From NCBI GenBank assembly GCA_964585915.1, contig CAZPFU010000004.1, positions 45,686 through 109,685 on the forward strand: a DNA stretch of 64,000 nt. Reading direction: 5' to 3'. Every line of letters starts with the position of its first letter. Positions within the stretch are counted from its first letter, which is position 1. Below the pieces are notes generated by a model that was not told where the DNA came from, did not search any database, and saw only the letters and a program-made list of their open reading frames with translations. The position numbers and the translations under genes were made by a program. This DNA comes from an uncultured Methanomassiliicoccus sp. GTDB lineage: Archaea > Thermoplasmatota > Thermoplasmata > Methanomassiliicoccales > UBA472. Below, piece by piece: positions 24,301-32,652 of the stretch.

Positions 24301-27300
24301 GACCTACTACTACGCGGTGACGGCCTGGAACGAGGACCTCTTCGAGAGCGAGCCCTCGGACGTGATCTCGGTGGTCTACGATCCCTTCCCCGCCGCCGAC
24401 CCGTTCTGGATCTACATCCCGAGCGACCAGGCCTTCTCCGATATGGCCGCCGCGCAGAACTGGGCGGGGGACGGCAGCACGGATGATCCGTACATCATCG
24501 AGGGCTACACCATCGACGGCGCTGAACACGACGCCTGCATCATGATAACCGATACCACGGTCCACTACGTGATCCGCGACTGCGTCCTCTACCAGGGTAG
24601 CATGATCGATGGGTCGCCCCTGACCTGCGGCATCTGGCTGGTGAACGCGCCCAACGCCCTGATCGAGAACTGCTCCTTCCTGGCCTTCATGGGTGACGAC
24701 ATCCGCGCGGAGGGATCCCGGATCGAGGTGGTGGATTGCCGCCTCAGCGGACCTGGGTCATACGGCATGTTCCTGATGGAGGCCGGCGGCTCCAACATCA
24801 CCGGGAACCTGTTCGAGAACATGACGAGCGGTGTCGGGATCTGCCTTCAGGGGTCCCCGGACTGCCTGATAGCCTCCAACACCTTCAGCGATGTGGGCCA
24901 GAGCATACGTCTGGAAGGCTGCGGCGATTCCATCGTCCGGGACAATCAGATCTCGGGAGGGGTGGACGCCATATATGTCTACGGATGCGATGACATCGTC
25001 GTCAGTGGTAACACCGGGTCCGGCAACGGCGCCGGGACCGGCCTGTGGATTGGATTCAGTCAGAACGCCATAGTAGAGGATAACGCGTTCAGCGATCACT
25101 CGGTGGGTATGAACATCAGGATCTCCCAGGGCACCGTCTCCGGGAACCTGGTGAGCGGTTGCGGTAACGGGGTGCTGATGGGAAATTGCTTCAGCACGGT
25201 GTTCGTCGGCAACAACATATCAGATAACCAGGGTAACGGGCTCTGGCTGATGGACAACTGCTACGGGAACACCATCAGCAACAATGTCCTCGTAGACAAC
25301 CTGAACTACGCGATCTACGCCGGGGAGGGGGACTGCTACGATAATGAGATCTTCGCCAACTATCTGGAGGGCAACCACGGCAGCGGGGCGAGCTACGACG
25401 CGGAGCTGGCCCAGATCTACGACGAGGACGGGGACAACTATTGGTACGGCACCGAGCTGGACCTTGGCAACTATTACTACGATTGGAAGGCGCCGGATGT
25501 CGACCCCAGCAACGGCATCGTCGACCAGCCGTACATCGGCTGGCAGGGCGTGGACCCCTTCCCCCTGGCTTTGCTCTTCGGCCCGGTCATCGGAGGCTCG
25601 GCGCAGGTGGGGCCGGTGTACGTCAACCTCAGCTGGGAAGGACCGCTCTTCGACTTCAGCGACGGCGTGACCGGCTACATCGTGTACCGATACGACGGGT
25701 CAGCGTATGTGGAGATAGGGAGGGTGGCCGCAGGAACCAGCTGGTTCCTGGATACTGACGTGGAGATCGGGACCACCTATCTCTATCGCCTCGCCGCCTA
25801 CCGGCTGACGGAGACAGGCGTACCGGGAGAGGTCATCTCGGCCACTCCCAGCGACGTGCCCGGGGCGCCGACCGGACTGACGGTCACTCCCGGCGTGGGC
25901 AGCCTGACCCTGAACTGGCAGGTCCCGTCGGAGGACGGAGGCGCGGAAATAACCGAATATGAGATCTGGAGGGGTTCGCTCGCCTCCAACCTGGAACTGC
26001 TGACGACCGTGCCCTCGGCGATACTGGAGTACGGCGATGGGGCGCTGGGGAACGGGGCGACCTACTACTACGCGGTCAGGGCGGTCAACCAGGCCGGCGC
26101 GGGAGCCGCCTCGCTGACGGTCGGCAATACCACCTTCCGCCCCCCCGGGGTGCCCACGAACGTGGATGCCCAGTTCGGCGACGGGAACCTCACCGTGACC
26201 TGGGACGCCCCGGCCGATGATGGCGGAACGCCCATCACCGGTTACGTGATAATGCTGCTCCACGAGGGCGTGGACAGCTACAAATACCCGGAAGCGGGCG
26301 ACCGCTCCTATCTGGTGACCGGGCTCCCCAACGGGGAAATCTATGAGATAAAGGTCAGGGCGATCAACGCGGCGGGAGACGGGAACTGGTCCTCGTCGGT
26401 GTACCAGACGCCGGCGACAGTGCCCGGTGCCCCTGGAATGATGACGGCGGTCCCCGGACAGGGGATGGTGTCCCTCAGCTGGCAGATTCCGGCGGAGAAC
26501 GGAGGGGACGCACTAAGCCTTTACCGCGTCTACCGCTGGGACATCAACAGCTCTTGGACGGTGATCGCCTCGGTGGCGGCCTTGGCCTATCAGGACGCGA
26601 CGGTAGATGACGGAACCCTATACAAATACCGGGTCACCGCGGTGAACAAGGCGGGCGAGGGACCTTACTCCGAAATGGTCCAGACCGTGCCCGGGCTACC
26701 GCTGGCGCCAAGCGGCCTGGCGGCAGCGAACTCGGCCGGTAAGGTCCTTCTGAACTGGACCGCCCCGGCGGACGACGGCGGTTCGGCCGTGATCGACTAC
26801 AAGGTCTATCGCGACGGCGGTTCCGGTTACGTTTACATCGGCCATACGGGCTCGTCATCGCTCACCTATCTGGACGCCACGGCCGCGCCGGGGATAGATT
26901 ATCTCTATCGGGTCGCCGCGGTCACCCTGAAAGGCGAGGGTATGACTTCCAACGAGGCGACGATAACCCTGCCCCTGGTGTCCCCGGAGGCGCCGATTAT
27001 CGATTCCGCGGTGCAGGGGGATGATGGAGTGCTGATCATCTGGCATGTACCGGAGAGCTCCATCGTTCCGGACCAGTTCCTGGTGTACCGCGGGGCGGCG
27101 CCCGACGGGCTGCTACTGATTGCGGTGATCGACGGCGACCTGAGGGAATATCTGGATGTGACCGGGACGGTCGGGACGTACTACGCGCTGCGCTCCTCCA
27201 ACGAATATGGGATCGGTAACCTGAGCGAAACTTTCCTGGCCACCCTGGGCATCATCCTTCCCCCTGAAGCACCCGTGGGACTGCAGGCCATAGCGGGCGA

Positions 27301-29053
27301 TTCCCTGGTCACCCTGAGCTGGACCGCTTCCGAGGGAGCGGTGGGCTATCATATATTCAGGGACAACGGGATCGGGTACGTCCTTCTGGACACTGTATCC
27401 GGAACGGGATACGCTGATAGCGCGGTGATCAACGGAGCAGCTTACTCCTATCATCTGACGGCCTATAACGACGGCGGGGACAGCGTCAACTCCACGACCG
27501 TGCTGGCCACTCCAGGAAGCGTTCCCGGGGCGGTCCAGGAGCTGACCCTGATCGAGGGCGAGGGACTGGTCACCCTGAACTGGCTGGCCCCCGCGGACGA
27601 CGGCGGATCGGCCGTGCTCGGCTATCGGGTGTTCCGGGAACTGAACGGGACGGTCATCATGCTGGCCATGGTGAGCTCGCTCATCTTCGCGGACCACGAC
27701 CTGGTCGATGGACTGACGCATATCTACTGGGTGGTGGCCATGAACGCCTGGGGCGCCGGTCCCGAGTCCGTTCGGGTCAACGTCACCCCGGCGGAGATCG
27801 TTGTGGAGGGACTGCCGGCCCCGGCCTATCTGATGGCTGCGGTCGGCAACGGGTCGGTGACGCTGACCTGGGACCCCATGACCTCGTTCGCCGTGGACGG
27901 CTTCCGGGTGTTCCGCAGCGATGGAGGGAACCTCACCTTCCTGATCGCCCAGCCGGGATCGACCTACGCCGACACCGGCCTGGTGAACGGTGTTGAGTAC
28001 ATGTATGTGGTCTACGCCTTCATCGGCTCTGCGAACGGGGAGAACGCCACCGTGACGGCTACCCCGGGAACGGCGCCTGGAGCACCAACTCTCAACGGGC
28101 AGGTGGCGGTCGACCGCGTCACCCTGGGCTGGTCCGTTCCGGAGAACAACGGCTACCCGGTGGTCGGCTACCGGCTGTACCGCACCCCCGGCACCGGGAC
28201 CAGGGTTCTGCTGGCCTCTCTGACCGGCAACGGATACGTGGACACCGCCGTCCTGGCCGGCGTCAATTACACCTACATGGTCACGGCGCTAAACGCCTTC
28301 GGCGAGGGAGCTCCGTCCAACCTGATGGTGCTGCGCACCAGCCAGGAGGTCTCGCCCAGCGTGGAAGTTCCGGCCGAGCCCTACCTCAGTTCGGCCACCG
28401 GCGGAAACACCAGCATATCGCTGCTGTGGAACGTGCCGAGCGACAGCGGCGACGGACCGATCACCGGCTACAACATCTATCGGGGAACGAGCCCGCTGGC
28501 CGCGGAGCTGCTGGTGTCGGTGCCCGCCGGCTCCACCACCTACGTGGATGGGGCGGTCGTCTACGGAACGACGTACTACTACTGGGTGTCCGCCGTTAAC
28601 CAGTGGGGGGAGAGCGAGCCGTCCCGGGTGCTCAGCGCCTCGCTGATCGAGATGGCGGCGCCGGGCGAGGTGGACGTGGAAGCGGAGGCCGGCCAGGGAC
28701 GCGTGACCCTGAGCTGGGAGGTGCCCGATGAGGGCAGCTCGTCCGTCACCGAGTACCGGATCTACCGGCGGGGCGAAACCGGCGATCGGCAGCTCATCGC
28801 AACCGTCCCGGCAGGCACCGACACCTTCGTCGACGGTTCGGTGGAGGCCGGTACGGAGTACGACTACTGGGTGACGGCGGTGAACGCCGCCGGCGAGGGA
28901 CCGCTTTCCGACACCCCGGTGACCGGTACTCCGCTGGCGGTCATCACCGGTGAGGCCGAACCCGGACCGGTGCCGATGATCGCCCTGGCGCTCGGGGCGA
29001 TCGGCCTGCTGGTAGCTGCGGTCGCCGTAGTGCTGGTGGTTCGCAAAAAGTAG
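21308..29053 (+). CDS. giant cell-surface protein (2581 aa): signal peptide, two right-handed parallel beta-helix (PbH1/NosD-like) modules, 13 fibronectin type III domains, C-terminal TM anchor
   Basis: Signal-like MSRSRALALGLLGVMGLLLLVLVLSAGNATAADP. Repetitive N/G/I-rich beta-helix rungs (NCSNVDIANCTF, SENITISNSF ...). Fn3 signatures (L.W..P.DDGGS.I.GY.VYR ... Y.Y.V.A.N..GEG). C-terminal PGPVPMIALALGAIGLLVAAVAVVLVVRKK. Confidence 0.85.
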   Translation: MSRSRALALGLLGVMGLLLLVLVLSAGNATAADPAIYEGDPDLAQAVIDGNCTGSGTADDPYLFEDQVFECAGYSYGLWFQNITEHVMIVNSTFNNTYAVDYLQEGVGVVLVNCSNVDIANCTFTNARYGILIGSSDNCSVQAVIAAELCAVTILDSENITISNSFLNASAINAVKVVNGDAISFQDCAVLGAGIDGFLLTNCANVVVRNVNIDAWGSHYALVIENNAGPIDISECRMFNLTLGSSGVNGMAIRLHQASNVNIEDCSFVEAPVSIGVLDSDNVTITNCVVETDIGLWVSGSDWVEMTANGMLTPASPTARFAYIQQSSFIAVNDSEISVVGLGISVTGSQFVVVNNTRIDGIAMASNSGIYFQNSNNFTVSWSTITSCDGAAISLEDCQDFSVTNNSIWNSQSGGVTTDLCSRGEFAHNTLVNLVGQAMQVRGDNLTVLANSFIGIGDAAIYAAMVDGNIGGNLVQDSEVSIWMHACANVLVIDNDLRSHGNIWVDTCANVSLVQNDITNDEEGPQSAIIFWDTRSIRIFENTISGPYLYGIWGQSDGQQNAIGITDNVLDIAPISEYAAGIYLQRVRGLDLSNNSVTGDVLHGIDLDQVSDCRVTENMIAGTINGLYARSIYDAFIGMNTISGVAGYGLDATGISGSSENNITIANNTVSSADIGISLVNAGYSVLFGNDCPDFDEIGFRVLTCVGVILTNNSCSGQDHDYGLYLDGCVYATVTGGEYYHANNGIQIYDCAGMTLTGVDSSFNANDGLCIGPMCEQLSVTGSSFSNNLNGITSYYGNPYYVTISGCILENNSQYGIRLDNGEFCAIIENYLANNGGEGVVFAGLSFSDVEGNIFVDNAGTTGVADPWPQAYDDNHGHDPESINQWYHNAWSNQRNIDHNEDGYVDEWYQVGPFIYDAAPLPYGMKIEAPSAPQDLTGTVVDWYVHLEWNAPQSMGNSTFLYYDVYFGTSPDFQSMQMFMMDTEETSYDHDWDLISGQTYYYAVTAWNEDLFESEPSDVISVVYDPFPAADPFWIYIPSDQAFSDMAAAQNWAGDGSTDDPYIIEGYTIDGAEHDACIMITDTTVHYVIRDCVLYQGSMIDGSPLTCGIWLVNAPNALIENCSFLAFMGDDIRAEGSRIEVVDCRLSGPGSYGMFLMEAGGSNITGNLFENMTSGVGICLQGSPDCLIASNTFSDVGQSIRLEGCGDSIVRDNQISGGVDAIYVYGCDDIVVSGNTGSGNGAGTGLWIGFSQNAIVEDNAFSDHSVGMNIRISQGTVSGNLVSGCGNGVLMGNCFSTVFVGNNISDNQGNGLWLMDNCYGNTISNNVLVDNLNYAIYAGEGDCYDNEIFANYLEGNHGSGASYDAELAQIYDEDGDNYWYGTELDLGNYYYDWKAPDVDPSNGIVDQPYIGWQGVDPFPLALLFGPVIGGSAQVGPVYVNLSWEGPLFDFSDGVTGYIVYRYDGSAYVEIGRVAAGTSWFLDTDVEIGTTYLYRLAAYRLTETGVPGEVISATPSDVPGAPTGLTVTPGVGSLTLNWQVPSEDGGAEITEYEIWRGSLASNLELLTTVPSAILEYGDGALGNGATYYYAVRAVNQAGAGAASLTVGNTTFRPPGVPTNVDAQFGDGNLTVTWDAPADDGGTPITGYVIMLLHEGVDSYKYPEAGDRSYLVTGLPNGEIYEIKVRAINAAGDGNWSSSVYQTPATVPGAPGMMTAVPGQGMVSLSWQIPAENGGDALSLYRVYRWDINSSWTVIASVAALAYQDATVDDGTLYKYRVTAVNKAGEGPYSEMVQTVPGLPLAPSGLAAANSAGKVLLNWTAPADDGGSAVIDYKVYRDGGSGYVYIGHTGSSSLTYLDATAAPGIDYLYRVAAVTLKGEGMTSNEATITLPLVSPEAPIIDSAVQGDDGVLIIWHVPESSIVPDQFLVYRGAAPDGLLLIAVIDGDLREYLDVTGTVGTYYALRSSNEYGIGNLSETFLATLGIILPPEAPVGLQAIAGDSLVTLSWTASEGAVGYHIFRDNGIGYVLLDTVSGTGYADSAVINGAAYSYHLTAYNDGGDSVNSTTVLATPGSVPGAVQELTLIEGEGLVTLNWLAPADDGGSAVLGYRVFRELNGTVIMLAMVSSLIFADHDLVDGLTHIYWVVAMNAWGAGPESVRVNVTPAEIVVEGLPAPAYLMAAVGNGSVTLTWDPMTSFAVDGFRVFRSDGGNLTFLIAQPGSTYADTGLVNGVEYMYVVYAFIGSANGENATVTATPGTAPGAPTLNGQVAVDRVTLGWSVPENNGYPVVGYRLYRTPGTGTRVLLASLTGNGYVDTAVLAGVNYTYMVTALNAFGEGAPSNLMVLRTSQEVSPSVEVPAEPYLSSATGGNTSISLLWNVPSDSGDGPITGYNIYRGTSPLAAELLVSVPAGSTTYVDGAVVYGTTYYYWVSAVNQWGESEPSRVLSASLIEMAAPGEVDVEAEAGQGRVTLSWEVPDEGSSSVTEYRIYRRGETGDRQLIATVPAGTDTFVDGSVEAGTEYDYWVTAVNAAGEGPLSDTPVTGTPLAVITGEAEPGPVPMIALALGAIGLLVAAVAVVLVVRKK
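25590..28932 (+). repeat. array of 12 tandem Fn3 domains (about 93 aa each) inside the giant gene; divergent at DNA level
   Basis: Periodic P-G-x-P ... L-x-W ... GY-x-(V/I)-(Y/F)-R ... Y-x-Y-x-V-x-A repeats read in the translation. Confidence 0.8.
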
Positions 29054-29116
29054 GCTAAACCATTTCCCCTTTCCTTTTTAAAATCCAGTGACCATTTTTT
29101 GCCAGCGATTGCGTTG

Positions 29117-29170
29117 TTGTAAATTACGGTTTATAAGTAATGTACGTTTTCAATAAATCGTAATTTACAA
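29117..29170. other. 12-bp perfect inverted repeat with 30-nt AT-rich loop between convergent genes
   Basis: TTGTAAATTACG (29117-28) ... CGTAATTTACAA (29159-70); T5 and T6 tracts at 29075-79 and 29095-100 upstream. Confidence 0.6.
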
Positions 29171-29214
29171 TCATTTGACCAAAGAACCGTAGATGGAGAA
29201 TTATCGGCCAGCCA

Positions 29215-30096
29215 TCATTGATCATTGTCGCGCTTGATCGAGGGGCGGTCCGAGGCGGCGAGAAGAATCCCGATCAGCACCAGGGGCGCGGCCATTATGA
29301 CCGTCCAGCTGGGGACCTCGGACAGAAGCGCCAAGGCGAGCAGGCTGGCCAGTATCGGCTCTCCGAGCAGAGAGGTGCTGATGACCGGCGCCGCGAGGTA
29401 CTTCAGGGACCAGTTGTAGACGGTGTGACCGAATATCGTGCACACGACCGCCAGCGCCAGGAATAACAGCAGCTCCTCGGTCGGGTACGGCCAGAGCGGG
29501 ATGCCGCTGACGACCGCGGCGACCAGCAGCACCGCCGCCGCGGTGAGATATACCGAGAAGGCGTAGGTGAAAATGCCCAGCGTTTTCCGAAGCATCCGGC
29601 CGGCCAGGATATAGATGGCCGCCATCACCCCGCCCAGCAAGGCCAGGGCGTTGCCGACCGATTCGCCGGTGCCCAGTCCCGTCAAGGCGATGACCGCCAC
29701 GCCGACGAAGCCGATGGCCACCCCGACGATGGTCCTCTTTGATGATTCCTTCAGGATGAGCACCGAGGCGGCACCGACGATGAGCGGATGAAAGTTCACC
29801 AGCAATGTGCTGGACGCCACGGATGTGTAACGCAGGGAGGAGATGAAGGCGAAGAAGTGAACCGCCAGCACCACCCCGGTCAGCATGATCGAGCCAAGGG
29901 TTCGGCGGTCCAACGGCTGGGCATCCTTCCGCTCCTGGAAGGCGAACGGCGCGAGGATAAGCGAGGCGAACAGCATGCGGTAGCCGGCGATGACCAGCGG
30001 ATCGGAGTCGCTCCAGCGGACGAAAATGGAGGCGAAGGAGACGGCCAGGATGGCGATGAACAGCGCAGGATACGCCAGGCGGTGCTGTTCGGGCAT
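29215..30096 (-). CDS. EamA/DMT-family transporter
   Basis: About 10 TM segments, duplicated EamA halves; start at MPEQHRLAYPALFIAILAVSF (ATG 30096). Confidence 0.8.
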   Translation of the reverse strand: MPEQHRLAYPALFIAILAVSFASIFVRWSDSDPLVIAGYRMLFASLILAPFAFQERKDAQPLDRRTLGSIMLTGVVLAVHFFAFISSLRYTSVASSTLLVNFHPLIVGAASVLILKESSKRTIVGVAIGFVGVAVIALTGLGTGESVGNALALLGGVMAAIYILAGRMLRKTLGIFTYAFSVYLTAAAVLLVAAVVSGIPLWPYPTEELLLFLALAVVCTIFGHTVYNWSLKYLAAPVISTSLLGEPILASLLALALLSEVPSWTVIMAAPLVLIGILLAASDRPSIKRDNDQ

Positions 30097-30100
30097 GGTA

Positions 30101-30604
30101 TCAGTGGATGACGACGGAACGCACACCCTTGCAGGCGCGAATCTGCGGCAATAGTTCCGGAGGAACCGACCCGGCGGTGATAATGAAAAGACGAGGATCG
30201 GGCGACAGATCCGGATCGCTGACCACCGTCTGGCGCACGGATATGCCCTCCCGGGCGATGAGACCGGTGACCTCGGCGACTATGCCCGGCGTCGCCGCGT
30301 CGGTGGGTATGATCTCCAGGGCCGTCCAGCCCATTACCGGCGCCACGTCCGTGAGCAATGCCGTGGGCATTAGACGCGAGTACACCGCGCTCAGCTCCGG
30401 GCTCTCCTGGATGGTATCGATCGCCGAACGTACGATGCGGCGGTCCACGCCTGCGGCGCGTCCCAAGGCCATGTCGGCGATCTCCACATCCCCGCAGTAC
30501 ACCCGGCCCTCCTGGACCTTGAGACCATGCACCAATAACAGCTTGGCCACCTTGGCCTGGGATGGGTATTTGCCGAAATGCTTGGAGAGGGATTTCCACA
30601 TCAT
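30101..30604 (-). CDS. ACT-domain regulator of amino-acid metabolism (COG2150-like) with putative N-terminal HTH
   Basis: 167 aa; HTH-like IADMALGRAAGVDRRIVRSAIDTI and C-terminal ACT-like TALEIIPTDAATPGIVAEVTGLIAREGISVRQ; divergent from the aro operon. Confidence 0.65.
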   Translation of the reverse strand: MMWKSLSKHFGKYPSQAKVAKLLLVHGLKVQEGRVYCGDVEIADMALGRAAGVDRRIVRSAIDTIQESPELSAVYSRLMPTALLTDVAPVMGWTALEIIPTDAATPGIVAEVTGLIAREGISVRQTVVSDPDLSPDPRLFIITAGSVPPELLPQIRACKGVRSVVIH

Positions 30605-30632
30605 TGAACGGGATGCGTTACAACCTTATAAT

Positions 30633-30726
30633 CGTTGACAGAATGGAACACTGATGCTCATTTCGGTCAACGGACATAGGCTTCCGTCATCGTCCTGATG
30701 ACGGCGCGCCCGCGGCCTAGGCGGGC
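30633..30726. promoter_or_regulatory. cluster of three inverted repeats in the ACT-regulator/aro divergent intergenic region (operator candidates)
   Basis: CGTTGAC (30633-39)/GTCAACG (30666-72); perfect 8-5-8 palindrome CCGTCATC gtcct GATGACGG (30684-30704); GCCCGC ggcctag GCGGGC (30708-26). Confidence 0.4.
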
Positions 30727-30818
30727 TGGAATATATTCATAAAGCTTGCACATTATATTTGTCAGGAACGCAACAGTTATATGCGTGCTATTAATTGACA
30801 CGGCAGGAAGGTGAAAAA

Positions 30819-31610
30819 GTGCTAGGCAAGAGCGTTAGGATGGAGCGAATAATGGACCGCGGTACCGGAAGGGCGGTTATCGTCCCTATGGACCACGGCA
30901 TTACCAACGGCCCCATCGAAGGATTAGTTGACATGAGGTCGACCATTGACAAGGTGGCCCAGGGAGGCGCCACCGCGGTGGTGCTGCACAAGGGCATCAT
31001 CCCGTACAGCCACCGGTCCTTTGGGCGCGACATCGGTTTGATCGTGCACCTCTCGGCCAGCACCAAGTTCAGCAAGCGCACCGACCAGAAGATCCTGGTG
31101 ACCACGGTCGAGGAGGCGCTCAAGATCGGCGCGGACGCGGTGTCCATCCATGTCAACATCGGGAACGAGTACGAGAACGAGATGCTGGAGGACTTCGGAA
31201 GCATCTCCCGCATCTGCAACGAGTGGGGCATGCCGCTGCTGGTGATGATCTATCCCAGAGGCAAGGACATGAAGGACGCCTACGACCCGGACGCGCTTAA
31301 AGTGTGTGCGCGTGTGGGAACCGAGCTCGGCGCGGACATCATCAAGACCAGCTACACCGGCGACATCGATACCTTCCGTGAGGTCGTCCGGGGAGCGCAG
31401 GCCCCTGTGGTGATAGCCGGCGGCCCGAAGATGGACTCTGACGAGAAGCTGCTGCAGATGGTCCGCGACTCGATAGACGCTGGCGGAAAGGGCGTGTCGA
31501 TCGGCCGCAACATATTCCAGCATCGGAACGTGATCGGTATCACCAAGGCCGTCAGCGGCATCGTGCTCGAGGACATGGAAGTAGAAGAGGCCATGCAGCT
31601 CCTGAAGTGA
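30819..31610 (+). CDS. 2-amino-3,7-dideoxy-D-threo-hept-6-ulosonate (ADH) synthase AroA', DhnA-type class I aldolase
   Basis: IVPMDHGITNGP, GADAVSIHVNIG, IIKTSYTG (Schiff-base Lys region); GTG 30819 after GGAAGGTGA SD (ORF track start TTG 30795). Confidence 0.85.
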   Translation: MLGKSVRMERIMDRGTGRAVIVPMDHGITNGPIEGLVDMRSTIDKVAQGGATAVVLHKGIIPYSHRSFGRDIGLIVHLSASTKFSKRTDQKILVTTVEEALKIGADAVSIHVNIGNEYENEMLEDFGSISRICNEWGMPLLVMIYPRGKDMKDAYDPDALKVCARVGTELGADIIKTSYTGDIDTFREVVRGAQAPVVIAGGPKMDSDEKLLQMVRDSIDAGGKGVSIGRNIFQHRNVIGITKAVSGIVLEDMEVEEAMQLLK

Positions 31611-31614
31611 GGGT

Positions 31615-32652
31615 ATGTCCGGAAAGGGCAAGATCATCTGGGTGAGGACCGATCACCTCACGTCATCCGCAGATAGGAAGCGCATGGTGACCTCCGCCTT
31701 GGAAGCGGGTTACGCCGACATCGTGCTCAGGGAGGAGGATTCCGCCCTGCAGAAGGTCGGCCGCTATTACCCGATCGTGCGCAAGGGCGAGGAGCTGTTC
31801 GCTGACGGCAAGCAGATCGGCGTAGTTCTCACGATCCGCGACCACAAGGACGCCGAGAAGGCGTCCCGCTTCAAGGGCAAGCAGGAGTTCGTGCTGGTGG
31901 AATCGCACGACTGGAAGGTCATCCCGTTGGAGAACCTTATAGCGGAATTTCAGGGCACCAGCACCAAGGTGATAGCGTCCTGCTCCTCCCTGGAGGAGGC
32001 CAAGCTCTTCGCGACCACGCTGGAGACGGGCGTGGACGGTCTGGCGATCACCTTGAGCGATCCGGCGAAGCTTTCGCAGTTCTCCGCCCTGACCCGGTCT
32101 GACGTCGCTGACGTGGAACTGGACGAGGCTACGGTGAAGGCCGTGCGCCCGGTCAGCGTCGGCGACCGGGTGTGCGTGGACACCTGCTCCATGCTCGCCA
32201 TCGGCGAGGGGATGCTGGTCGGCTCGCAGTCGGCCTGCCTTTTCCTCGTCCAGAGCGAGTCCATGGACTCGCATTACGTTTCCTCCCGTCCGTTCCGAGT
32301 GAACGCCGGAGCGGTGCACGCTTACGTGCTGGGTTCCGACGGACGGACCAAATACCTCTCGGAAGTGAAGGGAGGCACGGAACTGCTGGCTGTTGATTCG
32401 CAGGGAAGAACGAGACCGGTCGTGGTCGGGCGGGCCAAGGTGGAGGTGCGCCCGCTTCTCCTGCTGGAGGCGGAGGCTGACGGGACGTTGTTCACGACCA
32501 TACTGCAGAACGCGGAGACCATCCGCCTGTGCACCAGGGACGGCTCGATCTCGATATCGGACCTCAAGGAAGGGGACAAGGTGCTGGTGCGCCTGGAGAA
32601 GGGCGGAAGGCACTTCGGTCATGCGGTGAAGGAGAGCGTCGTGGAGAGATGA
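31615..32652 (+). CDS. 3-dehydroquinate synthase II (archaeal AroB')
   Basis: 345 aa, KIIWVRTD...KRMVTSALEAGYADIVL N-terminus typical of type II DHQ synthase; position after AroA'. Confidence 0.8.
   Translation: MSGKGKIIWVRTDHLTSSADRKRMVTSALEAGYADIVLREEDSALQKVGRYYPIVRKGEELFADGKQIGVVLTIRDHKDAEKASRFKGKQEFVLVESHDWKVIPLENLIAEFQGTSTKVIASCSSLEEAKLFATTLETGVDGLAITLSDPAKLSQFSALTRSDVADVELDEATVKAVRPVSVGDRVCVDTCSMLAIGEGMLVGSQSACLFLVQSESMDSHYVSSRPFRVNAGAVHAYVLGSDGRTKYLSEVKGGTELLAVDSQGRTRPVVVGRAKVEVRPLLLLEAEADGTLFTTILQNAETIRLCTRDGSISISDLKEGDKVLVRLEKGGRHFGHAVKESVVER

Noticed and set aside
25590-28932. Periodic roughly 280-nt repetition that could suggest a CRISPR array or satellite.
   Set aside because: It is the in-frame tandem Fn3 array of the giant protein. 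The copies are divergent at DNA level, and there is no short direct repeat/spacer structure.
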